Source of the DNA: Candidatus Poribacteria bacterium
Lineage (GTDB): Bacteria > Poribacteria > WGA-4E > PCPOR2b
NCBI GenBank assembly: GCA_965208325.1
Contig: OZ242326.1
Location: 1,184,001 to 1,248,000 of the forward strand
Reading direction: 5' to 3'
DNA: 64,000 bases
The notes beneath the pieces are model-generated. The model ran no database searches, was not told the DNA's origin, and worked only from the letters and a program-made list of their open reading frames with translations. This document shows, in pieces, positions 10,791 to 22,016 of this stretch. The position numbers were made by a program, and so were the translations under genes. The first letter of the stretch is position 1. Every line of letters starts with the position of its first letter.

Positions 10791-11686
10791 TCGTACCTCT
10801 CCCTAAAGCGCCGGCGCAACCGGTCTCCGAGGATGTTGAGCATGAACGTTGATACAAACAGCACCATACCTACCGCAAAAATCGTCCTGTATACAAGCGT
10901 ACCGCTCGGTGTGTCGCCCAAACTGACCTGAACGATGTAAGCCGTCATCGTCTCTATAGCCACCAACGGGTTAAACGTGAATGTCGGTTTCTTGCCCGCG
11001 GCAATTGTAACCAACATCGTCTCGCCGATAGCACGGGAAACCGCGATAACAAAGGACGCTGTTATGCCGGAAAACGCCGCCGGTACGACAACCCGCCACG
11101 AAACCTGAAGCCGAGAAGAACCTAACGCATAGGCTGCATCCCGCAAACTGCGGGGCACTGCAAACATAGCATCCTCGCTGAGAGAGGAGACTAACGGGAG
11201 TATCATGATGCCCATTACGATGCCGGGTGAGAGTGCGTTAAACGCTTCAAGGGAAGGAATCAGTCGCTGCAAAAGCGGCGTGACAAACAGCAGCGCAAAG
11301 TAACCGTAGACAATCGTGGGTACACCGGCTAATATCTCCAAAATGGGTTTCAACAATCGACGCAGTCTGTCCGGGGCATATTCACTCAAAAAAATCGCCG
11401 TTAACAGCCCCAAGGGTACAGCCGTGAAAACGGCGATTAGTGATATTAACACTGTCCCTGACAGCAGGGAAAGCACACCGAATCGCTTGTTCGTGAATTG
11501 GGGAGTCCACTCCCTGTCGGTTAGGAATTCGAAGACCGAAACCTCTTTAAAAAAGGCAATCGTCTCAAACAACAGCACACAGATAATTCCAACGGTGGTT
11601 AAGATGGAGAGTAGACCACATGCCATAAGGCTCAATTCAATAATCCGCTCAATGATCCGAGACGTCTTTGTCTGCTTCGATCTCAT
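10787..11686 (-). CDS. pstC: phosphate ABC transporter permease PstC
   Basis: [28 protein letters not shown]; start uncertain (ATG 11686 chosen). Confidence 0.93.
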   Translation of the reverse strand: MRSKQTKTSRIIERIIELSLMACGLLSILTTVGIICVLLFETIAFFKEVSVFEFLTDREWTPQFTNKRFGVLSLLSGTVLISLIAVFTAVPLGLLTAIFLSEYAPDRLRRLLKPILEILAGVPTIVYGYFALLFVTPLLQRLIPSLEAFNALSPGIVMGIMILPLVSSLSEDAMFAVPRSLRDAAYALGSSRLQVSWRVVVPAAFSGITASFVIAVSRAIGETMLVTIAAGKKPTFTFNPLVAIETMTAYIVQVSLGDTPSGTLVYRTIFAVGMVLFVSTFMLNILGDRLRRRFRERYE

Positions 11687-11770
11687 TGGATTCGGCCATC
11701 GAAACTGTTGTTTTTCATAAAAAACAAGATTATCCTCCGCCCCGTTAGAACACGGGATTCCCGGCACCGC

Positions 11771-12778
11771 TTAATTTATATCGCCGCGTAGAACATCATC
11801 TATCGAAACTCCCAATGTCGAACCCTTACCGCCAAACACTGAGCCGGTGACGCGATTTTGGAAACGCCGCAGGATGAGTTGGTATGTCTCTTCCGGAAGC
11901 GGAATGTATTCAGCTTCCTCGGTCAAAGTCTTCGCTTGCTGCAAATAAAATTCAACAAATTTTTCAACCTCCGGACGGTCAGCCGACTGCTTGCTGACGT
12001 ATATGAAGATTGGCCGCGATAGCGGCTGATACGTGGCATTTTTGACTGTCTCTAGCGAGGGAGCGATGGCACCGTCGCCGTTGTCCATTTTCCCATCGTC
12101 TATCGGTACGAGCTTCAGAATTTCCCGATTGGCTTCGTAATATGCAAGTCCAAAGACTCCTAGCGTGTAATCATCCCGGGCTACCGCCTGCACGAGTACG
12201 TTGTCATTCTCGCTAGCAATAAAATCCCCGCGGCTCGCCCCCTCTTCACCACAGACAGCCTTCGTAAAGTAATCATACGATCCAGAATCCGGGCCAGGGC
12301 CAGCAAGTGAAATCTTCTTACTCGGCCAATCCGGTCGAATTTGATTCCAGTATAATATCTTCCCTTGCGCCTCCGGCTCCCAAAGCTTCTTCAGTTCCGC
12401 AACCGTCATATAATCCACCCAGTCGTTTTCCGGATTGACTGTGATTGCCAAACCGTCGAATGCCACTGGCAGTTCAATATACTCAATGCCGTTCTTCTTA
12501 CACAATTCAACCTCCGAGGGTTTGATAGGGCGCGACGCATTAGTCACGTCGGTTTCACCGCGTCCGAATTGTTTAAATCCGCCGCCGGTGCCGGAGATAC
12601 CGACAGTTACTCTGAATGTAGGGTTTTCTTTCTGGAACTCTTCAGCCACTGCCTCGGTAATAGGATAAACCGTGCTTGAACCATCCACTTCAACTAGGAG
12701 GGAATCGTCGCCGCAGCCGCTGTAAAATACGCTCAACAGGAGCGCAAGTGTGCCGAACCATCTGAATTTCATAAACAT
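11771..12778 (-). CDS. pstS: phosphate ABC transporter substrate-binding lipoprotein
   Basis: Lipobox [39 protein letters not shown] upstream of ATG 12778. Confidence 0.95.
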   Translation of the reverse strand: MFMKFRWFGTLALLLSVFYSGCGDDSLLVEVDGSSTVYPITEAVAEEFQKENPTFRVTVGISGTGGGFKQFGRGETDVTNASRPIKPSEVELCKKNGIEYIELPVAFDGLAITVNPENDWVDYMTVAELKKLWEPEAQGKILYWNQIRPDWPSKKISLAGPGPDSGSYDYFTKAVCGEEGASRGDFIASENDNVLVQAVARDDYTLGVFGLAYYEANREILKLVPIDDGKMDNGDGAIAPSLETVKNATYQPLSRPIFIYVSKQSADRPEVEKFVEFYLQQAKTLTEEAEYIPLPEETYQLILRRFQNRVTGSVFGGKGSTLGVSIDDVLRGDIN

Positions 12779-12890
12779 AATGAACCACTCACCTCTCTTC
12801 CACCGGAAAATACCGCCGAATAAGTGTTTTATTCCAAGAATCCTTAGAACCGTTTGACAATTCATTTTATACAGCCCCAGAGAAGCGTCC

Positions 12891-12953
12891 GTAGGCGGGG
12901 CATCTTGCACCGCGTGAACCAACACGCCCTGTAGGCCGGGCATCTTGCCCCGC
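12891..12953 (+). repeat. tandem pair of GTAG-type REP-like palindromes (family A)
   Basis: GTAGGCGGGGCATCTTGCACCGC at 12891 and GTAGGCCGGGCATCTTGCCCCGC at 12931, 40-nt period. Confidence 0.7.
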
Positions 12954-13010
12954 CCAATGCTGGAGTAAGGTAATTATCGGAATCAAGCGGCCGATTAGCA
13001 TCAGCTGATA

Positions 13011-13044
13011 AGTCTAACACTCAGATGTTACAAAATTATGGCAT
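13011..13044 (-). promoter_or_regulatory. Pho-box-like promoter for the pst operon
   Basis: Minus strand ATGCCATAATTTTGTAAC (TGCCAT/TGTAAC half-sites 11 nt apart), then 10 nt, then TAGACT -10-like hexamer. Confidence 0.45.
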
Positions 13045-13162
13045 TTCTACTACTTTAACTACAAAATTCGCGCAGATTTATTGTAGACTTTCATAGTCTT
13101 TCCAACACCGCGCTACGCAAATATGAGCTTACCTACCTAAAAGTCCGCATGGGTTTCATAAA

Positions 13163-13963
13163 CTAACCCATACATATCCCGCCATCCACGTGGATACTCT
13201 GACCGGTGATATTCCGCGCCTCTTCCGATGCCAAAAACACCACCAAATTGCCGATGTCCTCGGGCGTCTGCTCGCGTTGTAGGGGCGTGTTATGCTTTAC
13301 CCACTCCTCAAATAGTTCACGCGGCGCAAGATTTGCGTACGTTGGATTGCTGCGAGTTATGAGCGGTGCCAGCTTTCGCCAGAAGGCGGTCCAAACTAAT
13401 CCCGGACAGACCGCATTGACATTGATGTTATACGCACCTAAATCTTTTGCGACTAGCCGCGTCAGGTTCAACAAGGCGTTCTTTGCAGCCGCATACGCCG
13501 GCGCAATCTGTGGATCCCGCTTCGCTGCGATGGAAGAGATGTTGATTATCTTCCCATACTTCCGATCCATCATATGCGACGCAACGGCTTTGCAGAGGAA
13601 AAACGGCCCCTTTACGTTCACCGCATAGTTATCGTCCCAGTCCCCTTCTGTCTGGTTCGTGAAAGGAAGCCCCAACTGCTCGCCAAAATGTCCGGCGTTA
13701 TTAACGAGAATGTCTACAACCCCGAACGCTTCTAACGCCGTATCTACCAGATTCTGGCAGTCTTCCTCGTTCGTCACATCAGTCCGAACTGCTAGTCCAT
13801 GCTGTCCCATCGCTTCTAAAGTCTCGACACATCCCTTCGCAGCATCTAAATTCATGTCAGACACTACCACATCTGCGCCTTCCCTCGCGAGGCATGCACA
13901 AATCCCGCGCCCCATTCCGCCGCCGGCACCGGTAACGATAGCAATTTTGCCCTTCAATCGCAT
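13163..13963 (-). CDS. SDR family NAD(P)-dependent oxidoreductase
   Basis: TGAGGGMG, NNAG, YAAAK, VNAVCPG, VDGG. Confidence 0.93.
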   Translation of the reverse strand: MRLKGKIAIVTGAGGGMGRGICACLAREGADVVVSDMNLDAAKGCVETLEAMGQHGLAVRTDVTNEEDCQNLVDTALEAFGVVDILVNNAGHFGEQLGLPFTNQTEGDWDDNYAVNVKGPFFLCKAVASHMMDRKYGKIINISSIAAKRDPQIAPAYAAAKNALLNLTRLVAKDLGAYNINVNAVCPGLVWTAFWRKLAPLITRSNPTYANLAPRELFEEWVKHNTPLQREQTPEDIGNLVVFLASEEARNITGQSIHVDGGICMG

Positions 13964-14554
13964 CTAAAACTCCTTTCCATGATAGGAGAAATACACGTTA
14001 TCCTCTAAAGACGCGCCTAGCCGCCGCATTTCTTCAATTTCGGACATATACCGAACGACTTCAAAGAATTGATTCATCCACAGCACGAACCATGCTGCTC
14101 TATTTGCCCTCTGTTTTGCCCACTTCTTTTCCCTTTGCCGCGTCAATCTGTCAGTTACTGCTGCGAAGTGAGAGTTAAATTGGTTGCTTGATATCCGCAG
14201 CTTGCGCCCACCCAAATGAGATGCACGCGAAATCCTAGGATTATCATGCAATCTATGATTATACATCATTTCAGCCCTAAGTGACAATTGGGATTTTCGG
14301 TATTTCGCAGTTTAATCACCAAAGTTCGGCTTCATTCTATAAACGCCATATACATCGAATTGTGACACTTGTGCTACGAAGTTGTATCACTCTTGCAACA
14401 GGTTGCCTTTATGCAGATTTCATCTACCCATCTCCCACTGAATCTTAGCGTTGGCATCTGAATTGCTAAATCTTTATTTTAACTTGGCATATGAGGGTTG
14501 CTATGATATACTCTCAAAAATCGTACACTAACTCTGGTGAAAGGAATGAGAGCC

Positions 14555-15121
14555 ATGAAAAACCTTGCTCTGACAGGCGCATTGCTATTGGCTGTGCTGA
14601 TAGCGGCAGGGTGTTACACCCAAGTCGGTTACTATGAATCCCGTTTCGAAAAACCATCAACGTACCACCGGCACAAAAAGGACTCGGCGGAGCAATCCAA
14701 ACACGATAAGCGGACACGCGCAGAATCGCAATCCGAAGAGGGAGTAGAACGAGAAGATACTGGCGCGGATCGTGTGGACGTAGAGGAAGATAAGGGATAT
14801 TACGGACGCCACAAACCCGCATATCGCAGATACCCGCGTTATCACAGACCCTACTATCGTTATCACACACCTTACTATTACGATTACTACCATCCACCAA
14901 CATATCGGTATTACCCGCATTACCCGTATTATTCTTATGGAGGCTATTACAGTTTTTATCCATATCGCCCCTATAGGTATAGCGGTTATCATCGGCATTA
15001 CGGTGGAAACTACGGTCGCCATCATCGTTATGGCGGGACCCGCTCAAGCCGCACCTACAAAAATCGTGACGCGCATCACGGAAAAAAACGTTCGCGGCAG
15101 TACCGCGGCAGATCGCATTGA
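14555..15121 (+). CDS. Tyr/Arg/His/Pro-rich low-complexity lipoprotein
   Basis: Signal peptide with lipobox AAGC; long YYxY/YPxY-rich tract; basic C-terminus; start uncertain (14537-14555). Confidence 0.7.
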   Translation: MKNLALTGALLLAVLIAAGCYTQVGYYESRFEKPSTYHRHKKDSAEQSKHDKRTRAESQSEEGVEREDTGADRVDVEEDKGYYGRHKPAYRRYPRYHRPYYRYHTPYYYDYYHPPTYRYYPHYPYYSYGGYYSFYPYRPYRYSGYHRHYGGNYGRHHRYGGTRSSRTYKNRDAHHGKKRSRQYRGRSH

Positions 15122-15218
15122 ATGCTGATTTCATGAGCCTTGCCAATATCATATGTGAAAAATCTACATCACAACACCTAACGATAGTTGCGACAATTTG
15201 ACAGGAGGCATGAATCCG

Positions 15219-16511
15219 ATGAGAATGACGATTAAACGCACCACCATTTTGAGTTTCACACTACTCGGTCTTACAATGTGGGGAATCGTACCAGTCGCAC
15301 AAACGGAAGAAATTGCCGTGGGTAACACATTCGGGCTTGGCGCAAGAGCAATGGGTATGGGCGGAGCGTTCGTAAGTACCGCCGATGATTTTACAACGCT
15401 GTACTGGAATCCCGCAGGCCTTGCCCAGATACGGAAATTCGAGCTATTTTCTAGTTTCTCGCACAATGAAATGGACACCGAAACTCAGTTTTCACAAGCG
15501 AGAGAAACAACAGATGCCGGTAGATCGAAAACTCGCCCAAATTCAATCGGCTTGGTCTATCCGTTATACACAACCCGTGGCGGCATGGCAATCGCAGTAG
15601 GATATAACCGCCCTCAAAACTTCGATTCGCGAATTGTGGTTAAAGGATTAGACCCCTCTGATGACCCTGTCTTCGGCGGCTTTGATGTCGATGAATCAAA
15701 CAGTTATAAAGGGGGAATCGGCATTTGGAGTTTAGGTACGGGCGTCTATGTGTCTGAGAATATCATACTTGGCGGTGCGTTGGACTACTGGTATGGCAAA
15801 AGCCTTAACGAACTAGACAGCAACGCCGCCGATGTCAACGGCATTGACATGGAAATTGCGGGCATGGAGTTTCACGACACGGTCGATCGGGAGTATGCTG
15901 GATTGGGTGCTAGGGTTGGCGCATTAGCCCATTTGAGCGAGCAAGTGACGCTCGGCTTGACAGCGGTCTTTCCCATGAACCTTGAAATTTACGAATTTTG
16001 GAGTCAAGGAACTATCGTATCGTTTGATGACGGTGAACGGGAAAGCGATTATACCGAGGGTGATATTGAATACAATATCGAACGCCCATTCGAGTTCACC
16101 ACCGGAATCGCCGTCAAACTTTTGGAAAAACGTTTAACTCTCTCCGCCGATGTCCAGTTTTCGGATTGGACACAAGCTGTTTACAATCCGCCTCCGGCGG
16201 AAGATATTTCCAGCGGCTATTTTGAGGAACTGTATGATAGCACATTCCAAGTTCGCGCAGGTGCAGAGTATCATTTATCGGAAATTGACACCCGGTTCCG
16301 CGCCGGTTTTGTCCATGATCCCATCCCTTATCGTGGAAAAGACATTGAAAGCAATCGAAATTTCCTGGCACTTGGAGTTGGAAAGATTTTTGACCAGACA
16401 GTCAAGATTGATGTTGCTTATATGCTCGGTTCATGGCAGCAATCGGATGGGGAATTGTCAGAAAAGCGAACCGACCATCGAATTTTCGTGTCCGCTGCAT
16501 ATCGGTACTGA
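15219..16511 (+). CDS. OmpP1/FadL/PorV-family outer-membrane beta-barrel
   Basis: GARAMGMGGAF...YWNPAGLA N-terminal signature; alternating beta-strands; terminal aromatic AYRY; SD AGGAGG. Confidence 0.85.
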   Translation: MRMTIKRTTILSFTLLGLTMWGIVPVAQTEEIAVGNTFGLGARAMGMGGAFVSTADDFTTLYWNPAGLAQIRKFELFSSFSHNEMDTETQFSQARETTDAGRSKTRPNSIGLVYPLYTTRGGMAIAVGYNRPQNFDSRIVVKGLDPSDDPVFGGFDVDESNSYKGGIGIWSLGTGVYVSENIILGGALDYWYGKSLNELDSNAADVNGIDMEIAGMEFHDTVDREYAGLGARVGALAHLSEQVTLGLTAVFPMNLEIYEFWSQGTIVSFDDGERESDYTEGDIEYNIERPFEFTTGIAVKLLEKRLTLSADVQFSDWTQAVYNPPPAEDISSGYFEELYDSTFQVRAGAEYHLSEIDTRFRAGFVHDPIPYRGKDIESNRNFLALGVGKIFDQTVKIDVAYMLGSWQQSDGELSEKRTDHRIFVSAAYRY

Positions 16512-16800
16512 ACCGTATCGTAACGTTCACCTTCCAGTTTAACCAAACTATGCGCGAAGAATTCCTCATTTCTTGGCGCATTGCACCATCGGTAGTTTTG
16601 CCTGCATGACAGCAATCCTAATCTCAGATTAGGTCGGGTTGGTTGCTAACCGCCGCTTAATTTTTCTGCCAAAATTCATCGCACTTGCCACTGAAGATTA
16701 AGTTGCAAACGCTGTAGTCACGCAAGGGTGGTGAACCTAAATCGATATTGATTATTTTCGCGTTTTCGTGCTAATAGGCACGAAAATTGGAGGCCAATTA

Positions 16801-17472
16801 ATGCGTACCAAATATTTCTCTTTCCATTTGCCCATGCTCATGTTCATGGCTTGGCTCTTGTCAGCGTGTGCGGCTAAAGTCATGGATAATTCTCAACTCC
16901 AGTACATCGCTCCCGAATTTACAGACAATTCCCTGCCTGAACATGGTCTGAGCCTACTTCCCATCGTCGCTGGCCATGGGCAAGAGGGGTTGCGTCGACC
17001 CCTAGGGGCAAAACTTGATTCCAATCTGACAAATCAGTTGCCTGAAGGAAAATTCATCGCGACAATTCCAACGCTTGACTTGATTAATGAAGCGAATCTG
17101 ACGGAAGCCTACGCGCAGATGATTGATGATTATGCCCGCGCTGCAATTCTCAACAAGAAAACACTTCGCCAGATTGGCGAGGCGACTGGAATCCGTTACC
17201 TCTTGCACGTGAAACTATTGGATCAATCCCATACGGAAACCGTCGGTCCCGCTCTCTTATCCGACGAAATTATCAACGTGCAAATTAGGAACGTCAGTAT
17301 ATTCGGACAAGTGTGGGACTGCGATTTAGGTGATATTGTGTGGGAGGGTACGGGAGAGGCTATGGTGCGAACTGAGGTGGAAGTTCAGTATCTAAAGCAT
17401 TCCATCGAGGACTTGGTCAACATAGCGGCGCGTTCATTTCTAAACAATTTGCCCGGAATCAAAATTTCATAA
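16801..17472 (+). CDS. hypothetical lipoprotein
   Basis: Lipobox LSAC; C-terminal VWDCDLGDIVWEG, resembling CsgG/LpoB-like folds. Confidence 0.6.
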   Translation: MRTKYFSFHLPMLMFMAWLLSACAAKVMDNSQLQYIAPEFTDNSLPEHGLSLLPIVAGHGQEGLRRPLGAKLDSNLTNQLPEGKFIATIPTLDLINEANLTEAYAQMIDDYARAAILNKKTLRQIGEATGIRYLLHVKLLDQSHTETVGPALLSDEIINVQIRNVSIFGQVWDCDLGDIVWEGTGEAMVRTEVEVQYLKHSIEDLVNIAARSFLNNLPGIKIS

Positions 17473-17551
17473 CCCAAAACAATGCGAGTTTGACTAGGCA
17501 GGGCACTATCGTAGGCTTCTGAATTTTCATTTCCTCCCCGTAAACAGACAT

Positions 17552-17581
17552 TTCGGGTTTGCCGTGTGTGGCCAACCCGAA
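17552..17581. terminator. stem-loop between convergent genes
   Basis: TTCGGGTT-TGCC...GGCC-AACCCGAA inverted repeat. Confidence 0.35.
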
Positions 17582-17809
17582 TTCACATCACACGATTTCG
17601 GTCCCATTCGCGCCCAGCTAGGCGGCTTTGTACGCCTTGTGTTGGTTACACTTGCTCACTCGCCTCCTTGACCTTCATCGCTGTTTCAAAAATTGGATTT
17701 TTGTCTGCTGGATATAGTTCGTCCAAATTCTTTATCTGTATCACTGAACTGGCCAATTAATATCTGTAGGAACACATCTTGCCAGCTATTGGCGGCTTTT
17801 TGGTTGGAC

Positions 17810-19573
17810 TTATTGAACGATGGGCAGCCAAGAACGGGACCAAGTGCCGTGGGCGCCAGCAGTAGCGTAGTCGGTCAGGTGAATCTCCGTCCCGTCCATA
17901 GCCATCGTCTTGAATAAGGTCAACGGTTGAAACCGGTCGTTGCATGCCGCAGGGCTTAACTCTAGTTTGCCAAAATCCAACGTCGGCATATCATCCGGTT
18001 CAATGGTGTTGTGCTTTTGGTCAAATGCCAATAATAGGGGACCTCTGTAAAGGGATGCGTTATGATTGACATATGCATCGCCCCGAAGCAGTCGCAGGTT
18101 AAAGTCTAACTCCACATCAATGCAATCCTTAGTTTTCCATATCCTGTCTAGTTTGAGGTAAACCCCCGGTCGGACATCGCCGACGGGGTTGCCGTTCAAA
18201 GATACTTTCGTTTTCATTGACCAAGCAGGTATTCGCAGGTAAATGGGAATCTCTAGCGGGCTGTCTGGTTCCACTTCTATGCGAACCGTCGGCTCAGCCG
18301 GATATCTCGTCTGTTGCCTAAATACCCATTTCGAAGTCGTGTTTAAATTCACCTCAATCGTGCCCGGGCCAAAATAGTTCACATATAAGCCCTGCTGGTC
18401 GTCTCCCAAAATCGCCCATTCGGAAAGCATACCTAAACTCCGGGGACCGTTTACTGCACAGCAATTTAACTCCGGTGAACCGCAGGCCGAATGGACATCT
18501 GCCAAATGATGGAATGCGGCGAGCCGCTTGCCATCCATCGGAGTGTCGTACGTCCACCATCGGCCGCTGGGATGCTGGGAGCCGAGCATAGCGTTCCATG
18601 TGGCGTTTTCGATGGCGTCGGCGATTTTGCAGTCCGGACTGAATCGCAGCGCGTCAATACTGTACGCAATCCAAGCAACTGTGCAACAAGTTTCAATCGC
18701 GCCCGGCATAAATGGATTGCCGGCCGCCTGCTCGCCCACAGAAAAACTGCCGGCGTTGTGAACATCAGTCTTGAGGATACTGTGCCAATAGTGTACTTGT
18801 GCCTGCTTGTAGGTCTCATCACCGGTAATCCGGTAGAGCTCGCTCAATCCCTGCAGCGCATGAAGAATTTCCCAGCGGTGGGAACCGGTTTGGTAAAAGT
18901 CTACACCCTCTATCGCCTGATGGTAGTATCCACGCCCGCCCAGCTTTTCCCAGAAAGTCTGAATATGTTGTATGCCTTGGAGGTAGAGATCGGTACCAGT
19001 TTCTTGGTAGAGAATCCCCAAGGCGTGAATAATCGACGTGTTAATTTCCGGTCCCGGCGTATCATGAAATCCCTTTTCCCCGGTTAGTAACCCATGGCAG
19101 ATTAAGTCCGCTGCGCGCAGGGCGCAATCCAATGCGGCTTGGTCGCCAGTTTCTCGGTGCCACATATAAAGACCCAATATGCAATGATAATGCGCCCAGA
19201 TATCCCAATGCGCAAAAAGCCGCTCATGTTTGTAGTAGACCCCCAAGTATCCGTCCTCGTCTTGCGTGGAGATAAAATCTTCGACGAGTTCGCCGATAAA
19301 GGGACGCAGCTTTGGATCGTCCGTCATGCGCATCGCCTGCACGGCGGAAATCAAATACTTCCCCCACAAAGACCCCGAGTCAATGGTGACTTTCGGTTTT
19401 GGCGCACGGTCCCGCATGCGAAACATCTCCAGAAGACCGGGGTTCACTTTCGGGCAGGGATACAGCCAATTGTCCAGATTGGCTTGAATTCGCTGCCCCA
19501 TTTCACCTTCCAAGCGCAAAAACAACTGCCGTTGATTCAATTCGGAAATTTGAGGGTTCTCGGTCATATTCAT
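17810..19573 (-). CDS. glycoside hydrolase family 127 (beta-L-arabinofuranosidase-like)
   Basis: QDEDGYLG, ETCCTVAW, NCCAVNGPR, LRIPAWS, RGPLLLA. Confidence 0.9.
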   Translation of the reverse strand: MNMTENPQISELNQRQLFLRLEGEMGQRIQANLDNWLYPCPKVNPGLLEMFRMRDRAPKPKVTIDSGSLWGKYLISAVQAMRMTDDPKLRPFIGELVEDFISTQDEDGYLGVYYKHERLFAHWDIWAHYHCILGLYMWHRETGDQAALDCALRAADLICHGLLTGEKGFHDTPGPEINTSIIHALGILYQETGTDLYLQGIQHIQTFWEKLGGRGYYHQAIEGVDFYQTGSHRWEILHALQGLSELYRITGDETYKQAQVHYWHSILKTDVHNAGSFSVGEQAAGNPFMPGAIETCCTVAWIAYSIDALRFSPDCKIADAIENATWNAMLGSQHPSGRWWTYDTPMDGKRLAAFHHLADVHSACGSPELNCCAVNGPRSLGMLSEWAILGDDQQGLYVNYFGPGTIEVNLNTTSKWVFRQQTRYPAEPTVRIEVEPDSPLEIPIYLRIPAWSMKTKVSLNGNPVGDVRPGVYLKLDRIWKTKDCIDVELDFNLRLLRGDAYVNHNASLYRGPLLLAFDQKHNTIEPDDMPTLDFGKLELSPAACNDRFQPLTLFKTMAMDGTEIHLTDYATAGAHGTWSRSWLPIVQ

Positions 19574-19619
19574 CGGGTTTCCTTTGAGTCGTCCTTATTC
19601 TTTTGATTTTGGTTCCTCA

Positions 19620-20080
19620 TTCGCAATTACCGGGTAACAGGTGACCCGCTCATCCTGATTTTCATAGTTAAGTTTAATCCAGAATACGGAGCCGCAAAGT
19701 TCACCGGTACATGGGCTTTCCCAGTCGATAAAATATGATTTCGGCGGATAATCCCTCTTGATGTTTTCACCCCAAGAGATGGCTATGCTGCCGCCGACGT
19801 GCTCCCATCTGTTGTGAATCAGATTCCAAGCATTGGACACATCCGTCAACTATTTTTCTATGCCAGTGGCTCTATTCACATCCAAATATGCTTCAATCGC
19901 CGTAACTTCATAGCAGTGCGCGTCGCGGCGCTTATAACTGCTCTATCGTCATTTACGATTATCTGATCCAACCACCAATCTTCTTAGTAATACTGTTGAA
20001 CCACCTCAAGATCGCGCTTGCGGCCAATCAATGTAAAATACATCCTCGTATTGGGTATCGTCCCTTGGTAACCGACAGAC
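19620..20080 (-). pseudogene. degraded internal fragment of a second GH127-like gene
   Basis: Pieced translation: GYQGTIPNTRMYFT...DLEVVQQYY*EDWWLDQ / frameshift / HCYEVTAIEAYLDVNRATGIEK*LTDVSNAWNLIHNRWEHVGGSIAI...TGELCGSVFWIKLN; stops at 19984-19986 and 19850-19852. Confidence 0.6.
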
Positions 20081-20691
20081 CTGGCGGCGCACACGCCGAC
20101 GTGAGACGCGCTTGGCCAAAACAACTAGCATGATTTCAGAATTCGTCATGTGGAAAGGGATTGATGCTTAAATTCTCTAGAGAGGCTAAAATTGCGGCTA
20201 GTGGATGGGGCGTGCCTGTCAGCGAGTAAATGAAATTCAGACAAAACTGTGGGGCATTTCGTGTCGGAGGATTTCCGGCTGCAATCGATAGTCCAAGGCC
20301 TTGATGAAAGCGTCGAGACCTTGGCACAATGAATGTTCAAATTAGCTGCCGCCCCACTTTCATATCCTGCTGTATAGTAATACCTGGATTAGGGCAAATC
20401 GGTTCGCGCCGCCCAACTATAAAAGCAGTTGCCCTACGTTACATGCTGAAAGGCATCTTTCCAAAATTTTTCCGCGGTCCGATGCCGCTTCGGTTTTGTC
20501 TGCGGCATCGACTTAATCGGAAGAGATGTCCAATCTGACTTACGCGGAAACCCGTGTTATTCTAGCAATACGCTAAATGCTTGTAGACTGCCGCGCGTGA
20601 CAATCAACAGTTCGACAAGAAACCAAAGTGAAGAGCGTCCGGTTCGTTGTCGATTTACCCCACTCCAATCGACAAAACTAACGTTTTTGGC

Positions 20692-21546
20692 TTAACGGGT
20701 CACTTTGAGCGCACCCCAAAATGTTGCAAGTTTACTTGTAGGTTCAACAACAGCAAGCATATCGCTAATCGGATGGTCCATTAACTCTTCGATTTCTGGT
20801 ACATCCAGCTCCTTGCTGAAGATAGCCATTTCGTCCATCGTGCCGTTGAAAAACTCAAACATCAACGGCTCGTTCCCACCGCAACACTCGTGTACATTCC
20901 CTAACGCCCCAAAGACGATGGGCCAGTCGATTCCGGAGATGTCCTTATCGCCGGAGATATCCCTTTCCCCATCCAATTTGGCGTCCACATAAATTTTGGC
21001 TTCAAGCGTATCCAAATTAAATACATGAACAACGTGATGCCATTTGTTGTCAGCTACGTTAGTCGCAGATTGAAGTGCCCAGCCGGGAGCAACATTGTCT
21101 ACAGCTTCAGAAAAAGGTCTTCCGCCAACAATCGCAGCATGCCACCCTTGTGTCCAACCGCTTGATCCCTTCTCAATCGTCCGGCCTTTCCCCGATCTCA
21201 TGGTCGTTTTAACCCAGTAAACAACGCTCAAAGCCGTGCCAGGCTTGCCGAGCGCGTCATGTTTGTCATTCGTGCCGACAAGCACAAACCATTTCTTGCC
21301 TGCATTGAATTCCAAGCCCATACCAAATTTGCCTTCCACCCAAGCGTCATCGTGAGGTTTCCCGTCCCATTCGGGCCCAACGCTTAGGGTACCGTGTAAA
21401 CGGCCCGCCAGATCCGCGACTCTACTCCCGCGCCCTTCATCAGCCGGCCAATATCCTACGACATCTCCGCTTTCAAACGCAAAGGCGGGGAATGCCAAGA
21501 AAAAAGCAGCCAATCCGAGCAGCCATAAATGTAGCTTGGTGTACAT
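20692..21546 (-). CDS. secreted LamG-like jelly-roll protein with conserved C-terminal WG tail
   Basis: Signal peptide; VGYW, WVEGKFG, WHHVVHVF, IYVD, FNGTMDEMAIF; tail VEPTSKLATFWGALK. Confidence 0.85.
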   Translation of the reverse strand: MYTKLHLWLLGLAAFFLAFPAFAFESGDVVGYWPADEGRGSRVADLAGRLHGTLSVGPEWDGKPHDDAWVEGKFGMGLEFNAGKKWFVLVGTNDKHDALGKPGTALSVVYWVKTTMRSGKGRTIEKGSSGWTQGWHAAIVGGRPFSEAVDNVAPGWALQSATNVADNKWHHVVHVFNLDTLEAKIYVDAKLDGERDISGDKDISGIDWPIVFGALGNVHECCGGNEPLMFEFFNGTMDEMAIFSKELDVPEIEELMDHPISDMLAVVEPTSKLATFWGALKVTR

Positions 21547-22016
21547 GTCATTTCCTCCCGAAATTGGGTTAGTCTTTCAGTTTTGCAATAGTAAAATCCT
21601 CGGCAGCCCGATACTATAATCTCAAGAATTCGGACGCTAATGTGTCGCGCGCCAAGGCGCCAAGACATTGTTGACTCCAAAAGGTACATATTACATGGGC
21701 ATTTCAAAGCCCAAGTTGGATAGTATCCACGCGTCATCGTATCACTAGTTGGGGTGCGGTGTCAAACCATTTCAATCCCTTCATTTCTCCTCATCAACAT
21801 TCCAGCATTTCAGAGGAGCGAGGATTTTGGTTTCTCGTACAAAACTTGGCTCCTGCGCCGAATATCGGAATTTAGGCGGACTTTGGAAAATCGCGGGGTT
21901 AAACGATTCCGATGGAACTGCACGTCGTTATTCAAACGCCGCCCGGTCAGTCCGGCAATTAAGGAATATAGTCAGATTGAAAGTTCAGTCAACACCATCA
22001 ATTTGATCCAAATTCT

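Noticed and set aside
12779..12943. N-terminal extensions of pstS, pstC and pstB in the ORF track
   Set aside because: They run through REP repeats or overlap neighbours; downstream starts fit the signal peptide, SD or gene spacing better
13964..14287. 107-aa minus-strand ORF upstream of the SDR gene
   Set aside because: No recognisable motif or SD; cannot be supported
14514..15152. 212-aa minus-strand ORF and other long antisense ORFs
   Set aside because: Shadows of well-supported genes on the opposite strand, with no motifs
17640..17760. Short minus-strand frame (…KNLDELYPADKNP…) as a gene remnant
   Set aside because: Too short to assign to any family by eye
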